Shown here in pieces: positions 27,842 through 38,086 of a stretch of DNA of 64,000 nt; within the stretch, counting starts at the first letter, position 1, and the number at the start of each line of letters is the position of its first letter. The stretch is from assembly GCA_947625505.1 (NCBI GenBank), contig CANQON010000003.1, forward strand, positions 35,571-99,570, in the 5' to 3' direction. The position numbers and the translations under genes were made by a program. The notes beneath the pieces are model-generated. The model saw nothing but the letters and a program-made list of their open reading frames with translations, made no database searches and had not been told where the DNA came from. Origin of the DNA: an uncultured Bacilli bacterium (GTDB lineage Bacteria > Bacillota_I > Bacilli_A > RF39 > UBA660).

Positions 27842-28551
27842 TATTCTCCTCCTTTAGCTTCAATAATAATGTTTTCAAAGTTATTATCTTGTTTAATTAA
27901 TATTTCTTGTCTTTTGGACATACTTAAGATAGCTAGAAAAGTTATGACAATATATTCTTTAGTTACTTCATCAAATAATTCAGTAAAGTTAACACGTTTT
28001 TTATTTCTTAAAATGTCACGTATTTCAACACTTCTTTTACCAATAGAATATTCTTTATTAGTTACTTTGGTTGTTAAAGGTTTATGGGCTTCTTTGTCTT
28101 GCAGAAATTTATTTAAAGATGCTACTAAGTCATCTAAAGTAACTCCATAGTCGACATTTTCTATTACTGTTTTATATTCTTCTAATGTTGGTTCACGTGT
28201 ATAAACTTCTTTACGTAGTGCTTCATATTCTCTTAGCTTTTCAGTTGACTCTTTATAAGCTTGATAATCTAATAGTCTTGTTATTAATTCTTCTCTAGGA
28301 TCTATAGTTTCTTCATTATCTTCATGAGGCAATAGTGTTCTTGATTTTAATTCAATTAAATCAGATGCCATTACTAAGTATTCGCTAGCGATATTTAAAT
28401 TTAATTCTTCCATTTTATTAATATAGTCTAAATATTGTTTAGTAATATCATCTATACTAATATCCATAATATCAATATCAGCTTTTTTAATTAAATGTAA
28501 TAATAAATCTAATGGTCCTTCAAAAGAAGGTAAAACAACACTATATTCCAT
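27841..28551 (-). CDS. scpA: Segregation and condensation protein A
   Basis: FEGPLDLLLHLIKKADIDIMDISIDDITKQYLDYI is the ScpA N-terminal signature. Start is taken at MEYSVV. Confidence 0.88.
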   Translation of the reverse strand: MEYSVVLPSFEGPLDLLLHLIKKADIDIMDISIDDITKQYLDYINKMEELNLNIASEYLVMASDLIELKSRTLLPHEDNEETIDPREELITRLLDYQAYKESTEKLREYEALRKEVYTREPTLEEYKTVIENVDYGVTLDDLVASLNKFLQDKEAHKPLTTKVTNKEYSIGKRSVEIRDILRNKKRVNFTELFDEVTKEYIVITFLAILSMSKRQEILIKQDNNFENIIIEAKGGE

Positions 28552-28701
28552 GAAAACACACTCCAAATGATATAATAATTATAAACTTTTTTAAATAATA
28601 ATTCAATATAAGGGATTTTAAGATTATGATGAAAAAAACTTTTAATTTATTTTCTTTTAAGGTATACTATATTTAGAGTTAAAAATAGGAAGGGGATTCA
28701 T

Positions 28702-30303
28702 ATGGTATTAAGAAAGCCTTATGCATTTTTAATTAAACATTTTAAAATGATACACCTTTTTTTAACAGGCGCTATCTTATACTTAATAGTTAGAATGTCA
28801 CATGTTATTGGCTTTGTTAATGAATATCTAGATGCTAACATAAAGTTAATAACTTTAAGCCAATTTAGGACTGTTTATAATATTTTTGATTTTATTATAC
28901 CCGTATTAATATTAGGATTTTCTATAATATTGTTTTTGATTATGACAGTTAAAAAGAAACCTAATAGATTTTATTTATATTCAACTATTATAAGTGTTCT
29001 TTTATTAATTTTAAATATTTATGGATATATAACTTTAAGAAGCTTAACAGAAGTATGGTTACAAGCTAATCGTTTAAGCGTTATGAATGATATGTATCTA
29101 TTTATGATGATATCTTTTGTTGGTCTATGTGGTATGTCATTATCACGTGGATTAGGTTTTAACATTGGAAGATTTGATTTTAATAATGATATAGCTGATA
29201 TAGATGTATCAGAAGAAGATAATGCAGAATTTGAAGTATCAATTGATTTTGATATTAATGACGTTAAAAGAGATGCTAAAAAACAAATTAGATACATGAA
29301 GTATTTCTATAAAGAAAATAAAACTGCTATTTTAACTGTTGTAGGTGTTTTTGCTTGTTTTATTTTAATTTATAGTTTGGGAACATTCTTACGTTATCGA
29401 AAAGATGTTACTAAGGGAAATCTTTTAAGTGCTAATGGCTTTGATATAACAGTAAATAATTCTTATATCATTGATACTGATGCCCAAGGGAATGATTTAG
29501 CTGATAATACCCATTTATTAGTTGTTGATGTAGACGTTAAGAATGTAGGTTACTTAGAGGGTGAAACGTTAAATACAGGACTTATTTCTTTAGATATTGG
29601 TTCAAATACATATCATACGACAAGAGAATATGATACGAGTGCTGTAGATTTAGGAAAAGTATATAACGATGAATTAGTAAAATATGATACATCTATGCGT
29701 CGTTTATTGATTTTTAAAGTTCCAACTAATAGATTATTTAGTCGTATTTTATTTGGTATAAGAGATAATGGTGGAAATACAGTTTATCTTAAACTTAATC
29801 CTAAAGATTTAAGTGATAAGAAAAATAAAATAGTAGAAGTATTCCTTGGCGATGAATTAAAATTAGAAGAAAGTGCCATTGATAATGTTAATATTAAAAT
29901 TAATAAAGTAGAAACTGGAGATCGTTTTAAATTAAATTATAATTATTGTATAAATAAGACAAGATGTGTTAATTCAATTGAATATTTAACTCCGATTTCA
30001 GCTCTTTCTAATTATGATAAAACACTTCTTAAATTAGAAGGAACATTTGAAGTTAAAGATAATTTGTTATTTAAAGATTTCTTTAGTTTATTTGAATCTT
30101 TTGGATACATTGAGTATAAAATAAATGGTAAAACATATCGACAAACATCTGGCTTTAAAGAAGCAAAAAGTACAAAGATTAAGAACCTTAAAGCTATTTA
30201 TATTGAAACTTATAAAGATTTAGCTAGTGCAGATGATATATGTTTAGGTTTAAAAATAAGAAATACAGAGTATCGATATTATTTATCAGGGGGTGCGAAT
30301 TAA
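28702..30303 (+). CDS. Membrane protein: 4-5 N-terminal TMs, cytoplasmic acidic linker, TM, large extracytoplasmic beta-rich domain
   Basis: RBS GGAAGGGG. Hydrophobic segments are visible by eye. The extracellular part (LLVVDVDVKNVGYLEGE...) is reminiscent of DUF4352-type domains. First gene of the same-strand block. Confidence 0.5.
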   Translation: MVLRKPYAFLIKHFKMIHLFLTGAILYLIVRMSHVIGFVNEYLDANIKLITLSQFRTVYNIFDFIIPVLILGFSIILFLIMTVKKKPNRFYLYSTIISVLLLILNIYGYITLRSLTEVWLQANRLSVMNDMYLFMMISFVGLCGMSLSRGLGFNIGRFDFNNDIADIDVSEEDNAEFEVSIDFDINDVKRDAKKQIRYMKYFYKENKTAILTVVGVFACFILIYSLGTFLRYRKDVTKGNLLSANGFDITVNNSYIIDTDAQGNDLADNTHLLVVDVDVKNVGYLEGETLNTGLISLDIGSNTYHTTREYDTSAVDLGKVYNDELVKYDTSMRRLLIFKVPTNRLFSRILFGIRDNGGNTVYLKLNPKDLSDKKNKIVEVFLGDELKLEESAIDNVNIKINKVETGDRFKLNYNYCINKTRCVNSIEYLTPISALSNYDKTLLKLEGTFEVKDNLLFKDFFSLFESFGYIEYKINGKTYRQTSGFKEAKSTKIKNLKAIYIETYKDLASADDICLGLKIRNTEYRYYLSGGAN

Positions 30304-30304
30304 T

Positions 30305-30973
30305 ATGAAAAAGATAATATTCATTATGATATGTTTATTTACTTTCCCAATGATAAGTAAAGCTATTGATGTTGATTACTGTACGAAAGATGAAGCTTCA
30401 GAAGTAAGAGCTCTTGCTTCCAATGTAAGTATTAATTATGATGTAGTCTTAAAAGATGATAAACCTATATATACTATTTATATAACTAACCTAACTGATG
30501 ATATGTTAGTTATTGATAGAATGACATCTGTAACAAAGAAAGGATTTAGTAAGACAGGTAGTGAGTATAGTTTCACAACAGAACAAGGAGGTTCTTATTA
30601 TATAGACATATACTCATATAAATGTAAATCAAAATTAATAAGTAAGGTTTTAGCTTTACCTGTATACAATGCTTATTATAAAGATCCTTTATGTGAAGGA
30701 TTAGATGCTTATAAGCAATGTCAACGTTGGAGTGGATATACAGCTACTCGTGAAAAATTTGAAAGTGATATCAAAAAGATAAAAGATGATATCAAGCAAA
30801 AAGAAGAATATCAGAAGAAACTTGAAAAAAAAGAATTATCTTGGTATGAAAAGATAGTAAGATTATTTATTAAGTTCTGGTGGGTAATCGTTTTAGTTAT
30901 AGCTTTAGTATCATTTGTTGTTTATATTATTAGAAAACAACGAAAGAAAAAAGAATATGATTTCAAATTATAA
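30305..30973 (+). CDS. Secreted/C-terminally anchored protein with 4 Cys ectodomain
   Basis: Signal peptide MKKIIFIMICLFTFPMISKA, coiled-coil KK/E stretch, and C-terminal TM WWVIVLVIALVSFVVYII followed by RKQRKKK. It is coupled to the upstream gene (TAATATG). Confidence 0.5.
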   Translation: MKKIIFIMICLFTFPMISKAIDVDYCTKDEASEVRALASNVSINYDVVLKDDKPIYTIYITNLTDDMLVIDRMTSVTKKGFSKTGSEYSFTTEQGGSYYIDIYSYKCKSKLISKVLALPVYNAYYKDPLCEGLDAYKQCQRWSGYTATREKFESDIKKIKDDIKQKEEYQKKLEKKELSWYEKIVRLFIKFWWVIVLVIALVSFVVYIIRKQRKKKEYDFKL

Positions 30974-30996
30974 GCAAGAATTATTCTTGCTTTTTA
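30972..30996 (+). terminator. Intrinsic terminator
   Basis: AAGCAAGAAT-TATTCTTGCTT followed by TTTAATTTTT. Confidence 0.65.
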
Positions 30997-31076
30997 ATTT
31001 TTATCTAGTAATAATTTATAAAATGTGATATTCTTATTATAGTTAAAATAGTAAAAAAGTCGGTTGGAGGTAATTT

Positions 31077-34000
31077 ATGAAAAAAAGAGTAGTTAATATA
31101 GTGTTGAGCATTGCTATAGCTCTTTCATCTTTAGCTATTGTCTTGTCATTAAAACAAAGTGTATCAGCTGTATCAGTTGGCGGAGACTGGTCTAAGTTGC
31201 CAGGTGGTTCTGGTGGAGGTAGCTGTGGATCAGGAAACTGCTATAACTTAAACTCATCTGGTGTCCGTATTTCCTTGGTGGATGACAATGGTAATCGAAT
31301 TGCAGGAACTAAATCAGTTGATTATTGGTTTGATACTAATGATAGATATCCAAATAAAAATGTTAGTGGATTTGCCCAATATTGTTCAAGTGCTAAATAT
31401 AATAAAAAAGAAGCAATGTCATTAACTAGTACTAGCGGATTTAGTAATTGCAGTCCAAGTTTTAACAATATAAGTAATTTATTAAATGTTAATATTTCTA
31501 ATCCTCGAAGCACAGGTGAGGTTGATACTGTAATGAACGAAATATTACAACTTGGAAAATCAACTAAAGGTGAACGTGGACATGCTAATTGGGCAGTGTA
31601 TGATAAAATATTTGCTCAGACAGGCTATAAAGTAAATGGCCAACAAGTTACGATTTTAAATATCAATGCAGAAGAAGCTAAAAAAATATATATTGAGTTT
31701 GAACCATTAGTTTCTTTTATCAATAGTGGTTCTGCTACTACTGATTCTGTACTTTATGGAACAATATCTGAAGCTGCTGCAATTGGTAATTTGGGTGGAA
31801 TTAATTATGGACTTAATGGACCAATTGTTAACTATATGTTTCAAACGGTTAAATGGGATGGAATATCTTCAACTTCTAGTAAACCATCAGCATATCAACC
31901 TATTAGTAATGTTGCAGGAAGCTTAACAAACTTTTTTGGGGTAAGTAGTAGTGGAAAATATTATGGTTATTCTGTTGGATTTATATATTTAGGAGATTTA
32001 ACAATTGGCTCTAGCTGTGATGAAACTATTCAAAAGGCTTTAAAATCTTATACTGAAGGTAAATCTTCAGCGAGTGATTATGCAAAAGTGGTTAAATCAT
32101 TAAGAAATACTGATTCAACTTGTAAAGCGAATCAAAAAAATTGTGATCATTTAGATTTGGAAGATGTTGCTTTCTATGGATTTACATATGACACTCTTAC
32201 ATGTGAACCTATTGATTGTGGTGATGAAGTATCTGCTATTATAAAAAATTGTTATGGTAGTACGTGTTCTAATAATTCAGGCTCTTATAAGGGTATGACT
32301 TATGAAGAAGCTATTGATTATGCTTTTAAAAATACAAGCGTTGTAAAATCTGTATGTGGAGCAGATGGTTCAAAATGTAATCGTTTATTTAAAGAAAATA
32401 TTGAATTATATGGAATTCCATCATCATCTAATGCTTGTTCTTTATTAAGTTGTGATCAACAAGCTCAAGATGCAACAAATAAATATCGTGGTAATGTTTC
32501 TAAATTAAAACAATATTTAAATTGGTTATATACAAATCAACAAACTGTATATGGTAAAACATTCCCATTGCTTGATTATGCATTATGGCATGACGAATTA
32601 GGTTTATCAGAGCCTAAATGTGGAGAGTTGCCACAATGTGAGCCAACATTAGTAGGGGATAATTGTACGACAGGTAGTGTATCTTTTAAAGATTCAACAA
32701 AAACAAACTGTTGGTATGATGAAGGTGTAGGATATAACATAAAAGGAGGAGCTCGTGGTTCTTCTAAAGACTTGACACTAAGTGGTAATGCTTGTAATGT
32801 AATGTGTCAAGAAACTGTTACATTTAATTTTCCTACAGCAACTGACCCAACAATAGTAAAAGCAGGAAAAACTTTCGTTTGGGGAACATTGAATAACAAT
32901 AGAACTTCAGTTACTTTTGGTACAATGAATTTAACAAAGGTATGTAAAGCACAAACAACAGAAATGATAGATGGTAACTTAATTACATATGATCAAAATG
33001 AAACGCAAATGAAATCTAATTATGCTAAATGGCAAGCTGCTTTAAGCGTAGTTAACTCAAATATTACAGCATCACCTAATGCAAATAAATGTGGTACATG
33101 GAAATTCAATGGTACAGATAAAGCTAAGTATTATGCATCAAAAGGTGGATATTCAGCATGCAATGCTATAAAAAGTAAAGCTATTGATAGTGTAAGAACA
33201 CAAGCTCGTGAAGCTGCTAATTCATATGAAGCTCGATACAATACCAACGTTAGCATTCAAACTAAATATGCTAATGGTGGAGGAGTATGTAAAACTAATA
33301 AAATAAATGATACATGGGCTAATTCAGATCATGTTAAGACAACTATTAAATTAAATTATAGTGAGCCTACAACTCCAAGTAATTATAATACAAATAATAT
33401 AACTTTAGATCGTATTCAAGATTCTAATTCTTATTCAGCTGTTACTAATTTAAGAAATGGTACTAAATTAGATGCTAGTAATAATGCAGGATGTACATCA
33501 ACTTTAAAAGATAAGATAGTATGTCAAAATGGTTCTTGTAAGGTAAGTGGAAAAATTAGAGTTTATGATTGTAGTAATGTAAATAATTGGACATTAAGTC
33601 AAACTTATAGGTTTAATTATCCAGATGAATTATATTGGTATTCAGATAAAACAGATTCATCATTATTAACTCAAACAGATGTAGATCATGATACTAATGG
33701 TAATCGTAATAAACCTTATTATTATGAAATAGGTTATGGTTTACCAACATCATTTACAACTCCTAGAGGAACTTATAATGGTATGGAAGTACAAATATCT
33801 TTAGTTGGATCTTATCAAAATAATAAAGGACATTTTGATGATTTAATTAAACGAGGATATGCAGGATTATATGGCCAAAATTTAAGTTATTTTACATATT
33901 CATGTCCATTTAAAATAAATAATGAATTATTTGCTACAGAATGTGAATATGACGCTAATGGTAATTTAATAGCAGGTTCTCCTGAATATTGCGATCCAAA

Positions 34001-34517
34001 AGATGATCCAACACCAGAGGGAATGCCTACAGGAATCGATGTTGTATTTAGAACTATTGATTTAATTAACGCCAAAGGAACAATCAAGGATGAAATAGAA
34101 AGAGCTTTCCCTGGTAGAGCAGGTGTTGTTGATAGTACATCAAGACGTATTGGTTCTAACTGGGATAAGTTAGATGAAGCAACAATTGTTTCTGTACTAG
34201 ATGATACAGTATATAGTAAAAAAGATCCTCAATATCATATAGAGTTAACAACATCTATTATTCAAAGAATAAGAGGATATAATAAAACAGCTAGAAATAG
34301 TCATTTAGACCCATATTCAGCAATGGAAATAATCTATAATGACAATGATACAGGTACAGGATATACAGGATATATATGCATTGAAGAAAATGGTAAAAAG
34401 TATTGTGGAAGTACATTCTTATCTAGTTTAATATCAAATAGAGAACTTACTGGTACATGTGCTGAAACTAGTAGCACTAGAACAAGAACACTTAACCATT
34501 TAAGAACAGGTTGTTAA
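31077..34517 (+). CDS. Giant secreted cysteine-rich protein, paralog 1 (1146 aa)
   Basis: Signal peptide (MKKRVVNIVLSIAIALSSLAIVLSLKQSVSA) followed by a Gly-rich stretch. About 36 Cys by hand count. No LPXTG motif and no C-terminal TM. It shares blocks with 34605..37877: GTKSVDYW, CQETVTF.(F/L)PT, YYYEIGYGLPT.FTTP, GIDVVFRTIDLIN, RAFPGR, LDDTVYSK..PQYHIELT. Confidence 0.8.
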   Translation: MKKRVVNIVLSIAIALSSLAIVLSLKQSVSAVSVGGDWSKLPGGSGGGSCGSGNCYNLNSSGVRISLVDDNGNRIAGTKSVDYWFDTNDRYPNKNVSGFAQYCSSAKYNKKEAMSLTSTSGFSNCSPSFNNISNLLNVNISNPRSTGEVDTVMNEILQLGKSTKGERGHANWAVYDKIFAQTGYKVNGQQVTILNINAEEAKKIYIEFEPLVSFINSGSATTDSVLYGTISEAAAIGNLGGINYGLNGPIVNYMFQTVKWDGISSTSSKPSAYQPISNVAGSLTNFFGVSSSGKYYGYSVGFIYLGDLTIGSSCDETIQKALKSYTEGKSSASDYAKVVKSLRNTDSTCKANQKNCDHLDLEDVAFYGFTYDTLTCEPIDCGDEVSAIIKNCYGSTCSNNSGSYKGMTYEEAIDYAFKNTSVVKSVCGADGSKCNRLFKENIELYGIPSSSNACSLLSCDQQAQDATNKYRGNVSKLKQYLNWLYTNQQTVYGKTFPLLDYALWHDELGLSEPKCGELPQCEPTLVGDNCTTGSVSFKDSTKTNCWYDEGVGYNIKGGARGSSKDLTLSGNACNVMCQETVTFNFPTATDPTIVKAGKTFVWGTLNNNRTSVTFGTMNLTKVCKAQTTEMIDGNLITYDQNETQMKSNYAKWQAALSVVNSNITASPNANKCGTWKFNGTDKAKYYASKGGYSACNAIKSKAIDSVRTQAREAANSYEARYNTNVSIQTKYANGGGVCKTNKINDTWANSDHVKTTIKLNYSEPTTPSNYNTNNITLDRIQDSNSYSAVTNLRNGTKLDASNNAGCTSTLKDKIVCQNGSCKVSGKIRVYDCSNVNNWTLSQTYRFNYPDELYWYSDKTDSSLLTQTDVDHDTNGNRNKPYYYEIGYGLPTSFTTPRGTYNGMEVQISLVGSYQNNKGHFDDLIKRGYAGLYGQNLSYFTYSCPFKINNELFATECEYDANGNLIAGSPEYCDPKDDPTPEGMPTGIDVVFRTIDLINAKGTIKDEIERAFPGRAGVVDSTSRRIGSNWDKLDEATIVSVLDDTVYSKKDPQYHIELTTSIIQRIRGYNKTARNSHLDPYSAMEIIYNDNDTGTGYTGYICIEENGKKYCGSTFLSSLISNRELTGTCAETSSTRTRTLNHLRTGC

Positions 34518-34546
34518 AAAGTAGTACGAGTTACTACTTTTTTTCT
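34517..34546 (+). terminator. Intrinsic terminator after paralog 1
   Basis: AAAAGTAGTA-CGAGT-TACTACTTTT followed by TTTCTT. Confidence 0.75.
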
Positions 34547-34574
34547 TGATACAATATTAAATTTATTGTATAAT
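34546..34574 (+). promoter_or_regulatory. Promoter TTGATA-17-TATAAT for paralog 2
   Basis: -35 at 34546..34551, exact 17-nt spacer, consensus -10 at 34569..34574, 30 nt before the ATG. Confidence 0.6.
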
Positions 34575-34604
34575 TGTTATGTATAAAATAGTGAGCGTGA
34601 TTAT

Positions 34605-37600
34605 ATGAAGAGATTTTTTAATAGAGTAAAACCATTCTTTTATTGCCTTTTTATATGCGTTTTCTTATCAGTATTTGTAATTTCTGATAATGTTTATGGC
34701 GATTCTAATGCTGGATCCATTCAACCAGGTAGTGGTGGAGGTGGAGGAGGTTCCGGCGGTGGGCATGATAGAAATATCATTGCTTTTGGGTACCGAATTT
34801 CACTTGTATATAATAGTACTAAAGATGGTCATACAGCAGGAACAAGGGTTTCAGGTACCAAATCTGTAGATTATTGGATGATTTCCCACTATAATTTTGA
34901 AGGAAATGGACAGGAATATGGCTTTGGTGCTTTAATTAATAATAATAATAACTGGACTTGGAATGACAAAGGAGAAGCTCATTTTTGTTATCCTTCTAAT
35001 GCTCCAGGTGTTACTAATCGAAAATTTACTAAGCAAGAAGTCTCTGCAGGTAAGACTGGAACAATATCATGCAGTTCTTTTTTAAGTAATGACAATGATA
35101 ATAATAGGATAGATACGTTAACGGGCGTAACGACCAATTTTGCAAGAAGTAAATATGGTGGCGATGATGGATATGAAAGAACTGGTAACTATATAGCTCA
35201 AATTGCTTCTACAAATTTAAAAACAATTTTTGATAAAGATCAAAGTCAATATTCGAGCTATGAATATAATACAATTAATACGTTTTTAGTTAACTGTGGT
35301 TTTAATAAAAACCCAGATGCAAAAACAAATATAAATGAAGCTGTTCGCCAAGATGTTACTCTTCAACTTGAACCAGTTTCAGCCATTCGTGATGGTTCTG
35401 GGCAACAAACTGATGATAGAAATCATAATTGGACCAATGTCTATGTAGGAACGTCTGCAGAACAATCACTTAGTGGAATGATGGCAGACGATGATAATTG
35501 GGCTTATAATAAAGTTACATATTTGCATCCAATTATTTTTGCTCAAAGAAATAATAAAGACAAGGCAAATAATATTTACACTAAAGCTGGTATAGCAATT
35601 TCTGATAGTTTTTCTAATGATAATGTTACTCGCGCTAACTCAAAATCTGCTAGTAGCCCTTTAGCTGTTGCATTATATTATTTAGGAGATTATTTTGGAT
35701 CAAATAATTGTGATGCTGATTTAGTTAGTGCGTTAAAAGCTAATAATAGTACTTCATATAATAGCTTGGTTAACAACTATAAAGCCTCATATCCTGCTTT
35801 AAGCAAGCTTTCATTTAATGATTTTAAAATGATATATTCTGGAAAATATGATAGTGCGTCTTGTTCTCCTTCTTGTGAAGATGAGGCAAATGCGATTTAT
35901 AAAAATTGTTATGGTAAAAGTTGCTCATATATGGGAAAAACGAACTATTCATCTGCTGTGTCAGCCAGTGTTAATAATTTGTCAAAATATGATGCTACAA
36001 ACGAAAACAATGTAAAACTTTATTTGGCAACAAATAGTTCGCCAACGAGTGATGGATTCTTTTGCGTAGATTATGGATGCGACAAAATGGTTGAAGATGC
36101 ATCTATAACATGGAGTGCAAGTATAGGATATCCTAACTCCGTATATGAAAAATATATTACCTGGTTACTTAGCTATCTCCCTACAAAATATCCTGGAACT
36201 AATACCACTTTAATAGCAACCAGCAATTGGCAAGATATAGGACTATCCGGGCCACAGTGTGATTCTTTACCACCTTCACCGCCACCTCCTACTCCAAATG
36301 CTAATTGTACGGGATCGGTTACTTTTTCAGACACAAGTGATTTAGACATAATAAAACAAAATGTAGCATATGAAACTGTTAATGGCAAAAAAGCTGCTAG
36401 TGCATTAATGAATGTTGGAAATACAACTTGTAAATATGTTTGCCAAGAAACGGTTACTTTCACTCTTCCAACTAGACCAAGCACCATAAAAGCTGGAAAA
36501 GTATTTAAATGGGGTAGCAGTACAAATATTAATAGTGAAGAATTTGGAATAATGAATGTAACTGAAAAATGCTATATTAAGCCTACAGTGAAAAAAGAAG
36601 TGGGCACTAGAAGGGTAAAAAATAAAAAAACAGGAAAATGGGAAGATGAAACTTATACAAAGGGATATACTATAAATTGTGCTGGTACACATACATTGCA
36701 TAATAGTGATTTTGAAGACAAATTTACTGGAACAAAAGTTAAATTATATTTTAATGAACCATCTGATAGTTCATTAAAGGTAAATGGTGTTGAATTAAAG
36801 GTTGTTAAAGACACAGTGTCCACAACAGGAAGTGTATCTTGTTCAACAGCACTTTTTAGTAGTAAAGATAGTGCAAAGAATGGATGCTCTAACTCTATAA
36901 CATTTACTGGAAAATATTTACTTAATTATGATGACAAATTGAAATGGGAATCTAGTAAAATTGACAGCTCTTTAATAACAAAGAATAATGTCGATGTTTC
37001 TAAATCAAGTTGGTATTATGAAATAGGATATGGTCTACCTACTGCATTCACCACACCAAACTTTACTGTTGAAGATAGTAACCCTAATTATTTATATGCC
37101 AATATTAGTAATATTGGTAGAACTCAAAATTCAAATCATCATTTTGATAAATTAGTTTCTAGTATTACAGGTTCTTCCACCCTTAAATATTATTGTGGAT
37201 TTGAGATAAAAAACGAGTTGTTTGGTGATGATTGTGAATATGATTCTAATGGTAATTTAAAACCAGGTTCTCCTGATTACTGTGATTTAAAAGAAGATGA
37301 TCAAATAAATCCTGGTTTAGATAAGGAACCAGTAAGAGGTATAGATGTTGTTTTCCGAACTATTGATTTAATAAATAAAAAAGATAATATTGCTTCTCAA
37401 ATTGATAGAGCATTCCCTGGTAGATTGGGAAAAATTGATAATAATGGAAGACAAAAAGGACATAACTGGTCTAATCTAGATATCGATCCTGCTGTTAATG
37501 ATACTAAAATAGCTGATATACTTGATGATACAGTATATTCTAAGGCAAAGCCACAATATCACATTGAATTAACAGTAGCTAAAATATATGATATACGTAA

Positions 37601-37877
37601 AATGAATAGAGAAGCTAAAAGTGCTACACCAAAACTTGATCCTTTTTCAGAAATGACTATTTATAATTATAGTGATGATTCACATATGTCTCCTGGTAAT
37701 ACTGGATACTATTGTGCAGAAGGAACAGATGTAAATGGTGAAAAGCATAAATATTGTGCAAGTCATTTTGTATCAATTTTAAAAGAAAAATATGGCTTAA
37801 CAGGTTCATGTATAGATGGACACCCATATACACAATCTAGAGCTGTATATTATAAGAATAATGGATGCACATCATAA
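34605..37877 (+). CDS. Giant secreted cysteine-rich protein, paralog 2 (1090 aa)
   Basis: Signal peptide followed by a GSGGGGGGSGGG stretch. About 25 Cys in the mature part. Same conserved blocks as paralog 1, plus a PPSPPPPTP linker. Confidence 0.8.
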   Translation: MKRFFNRVKPFFYCLFICVFLSVFVISDNVYGDSNAGSIQPGSGGGGGGSGGGHDRNIIAFGYRISLVYNSTKDGHTAGTRVSGTKSVDYWMISHYNFEGNGQEYGFGALINNNNNWTWNDKGEAHFCYPSNAPGVTNRKFTKQEVSAGKTGTISCSSFLSNDNDNNRIDTLTGVTTNFARSKYGGDDGYERTGNYIAQIASTNLKTIFDKDQSQYSSYEYNTINTFLVNCGFNKNPDAKTNINEAVRQDVTLQLEPVSAIRDGSGQQTDDRNHNWTNVYVGTSAEQSLSGMMADDDNWAYNKVTYLHPIIFAQRNNKDKANNIYTKAGIAISDSFSNDNVTRANSKSASSPLAVALYYLGDYFGSNNCDADLVSALKANNSTSYNSLVNNYKASYPALSKLSFNDFKMIYSGKYDSASCSPSCEDEANAIYKNCYGKSCSYMGKTNYSSAVSASVNNLSKYDATNENNVKLYLATNSSPTSDGFFCVDYGCDKMVEDASITWSASIGYPNSVYEKYITWLLSYLPTKYPGTNTTLIATSNWQDIGLSGPQCDSLPPSPPPPTPNANCTGSVTFSDTSDLDIIKQNVAYETVNGKKAASALMNVGNTTCKYVCQETVTFTLPTRPSTIKAGKVFKWGSSTNINSEEFGIMNVTEKCYIKPTVKKEVGTRRVKNKKTGKWEDETYTKGYTINCAGTHTLHNSDFEDKFTGTKVKLYFNEPSDSSLKVNGVELKVVKDTVSTTGSVSCSTALFSSKDSAKNGCSNSITFTGKYLLNYDDKLKWESSKIDSSLITKNNVDVSKSSWYYEIGYGLPTAFTTPNFTVEDSNPNYLYANISNIGRTQNSNHHFDKLVSSITGSSTLKYYCGFEIKNELFGDDCEYDSNGNLKPGSPDYCDLKEDDQINPGLDKEPVRGIDVVFRTIDLINKKDNIASQIDRAFPGRLGKIDNNGRQKGHNWSNLDIDPAVNDTKIADILDDTVYSKAKPQYHIELTVAKIYDIRKMNREAKSATPKLDPFSEMTIYNYSDDSHMSPGNTGYYCAEGTDVNGEKHKYCASHFVSILKEKYGLTGSCIDGHPYTQSRAVYYKNNGCTS

Positions 37878-37906
37878 AAGGTAGTATTTGAATACTACCT
37901 TTTTTA
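37878..37906 (+). terminator. Intrinsic terminator after paralog 2
   Basis: AAGGTAGTATT-TG-AATACTACCTT followed by TTTTAT. Confidence 0.75.
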
Positions 37907-38086
37907 TGAATTTTATGGAAAATAATTCCTCAAATACTAGTATAAAAAAATTTTTTATGTTATACTAACTATAGTATTTATGATAGTAGAGTATAACTAT
38001 GCTCTAATATAGTTCATAATACTTGTTTGGCCAAAAAAGTATTGTAACTTTAGTTTTAACTAGGTACATCGACAGGAGGTGACTAG

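Noticed and set aside
24755-28566. tRNA-Leu as the integration site (attB) of the 34-kb secretion block.
   Set aside because: YfhO and scpAB, which are core genes, lie between the tRNA and the block. I found no second copy of the tRNA 3' end at either block boundary, and no integrase is present.
28568-28576. TGATATAAT upstream of the first block gene, and the same 9-mer at 62565..62573 upstream of nfeD, considered as direct repeats flanking an island.
   Set aside because: The motif is simply the extended -10 consensus, also seen at 24399 and 42589. It is correctly placed for promoters at both sites, and the similarity does not extend beyond about 10 nt.
31077-37877. Giant proteins as sortase-anchored pilus or adhesin subunits.
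   Set aside because: There is no LPXTG-like motif followed by a hydrophobic segment and basic tail at either C-terminus (they end ...HLRTGC and ...NNGCTS). No sortase gene is present in the window.
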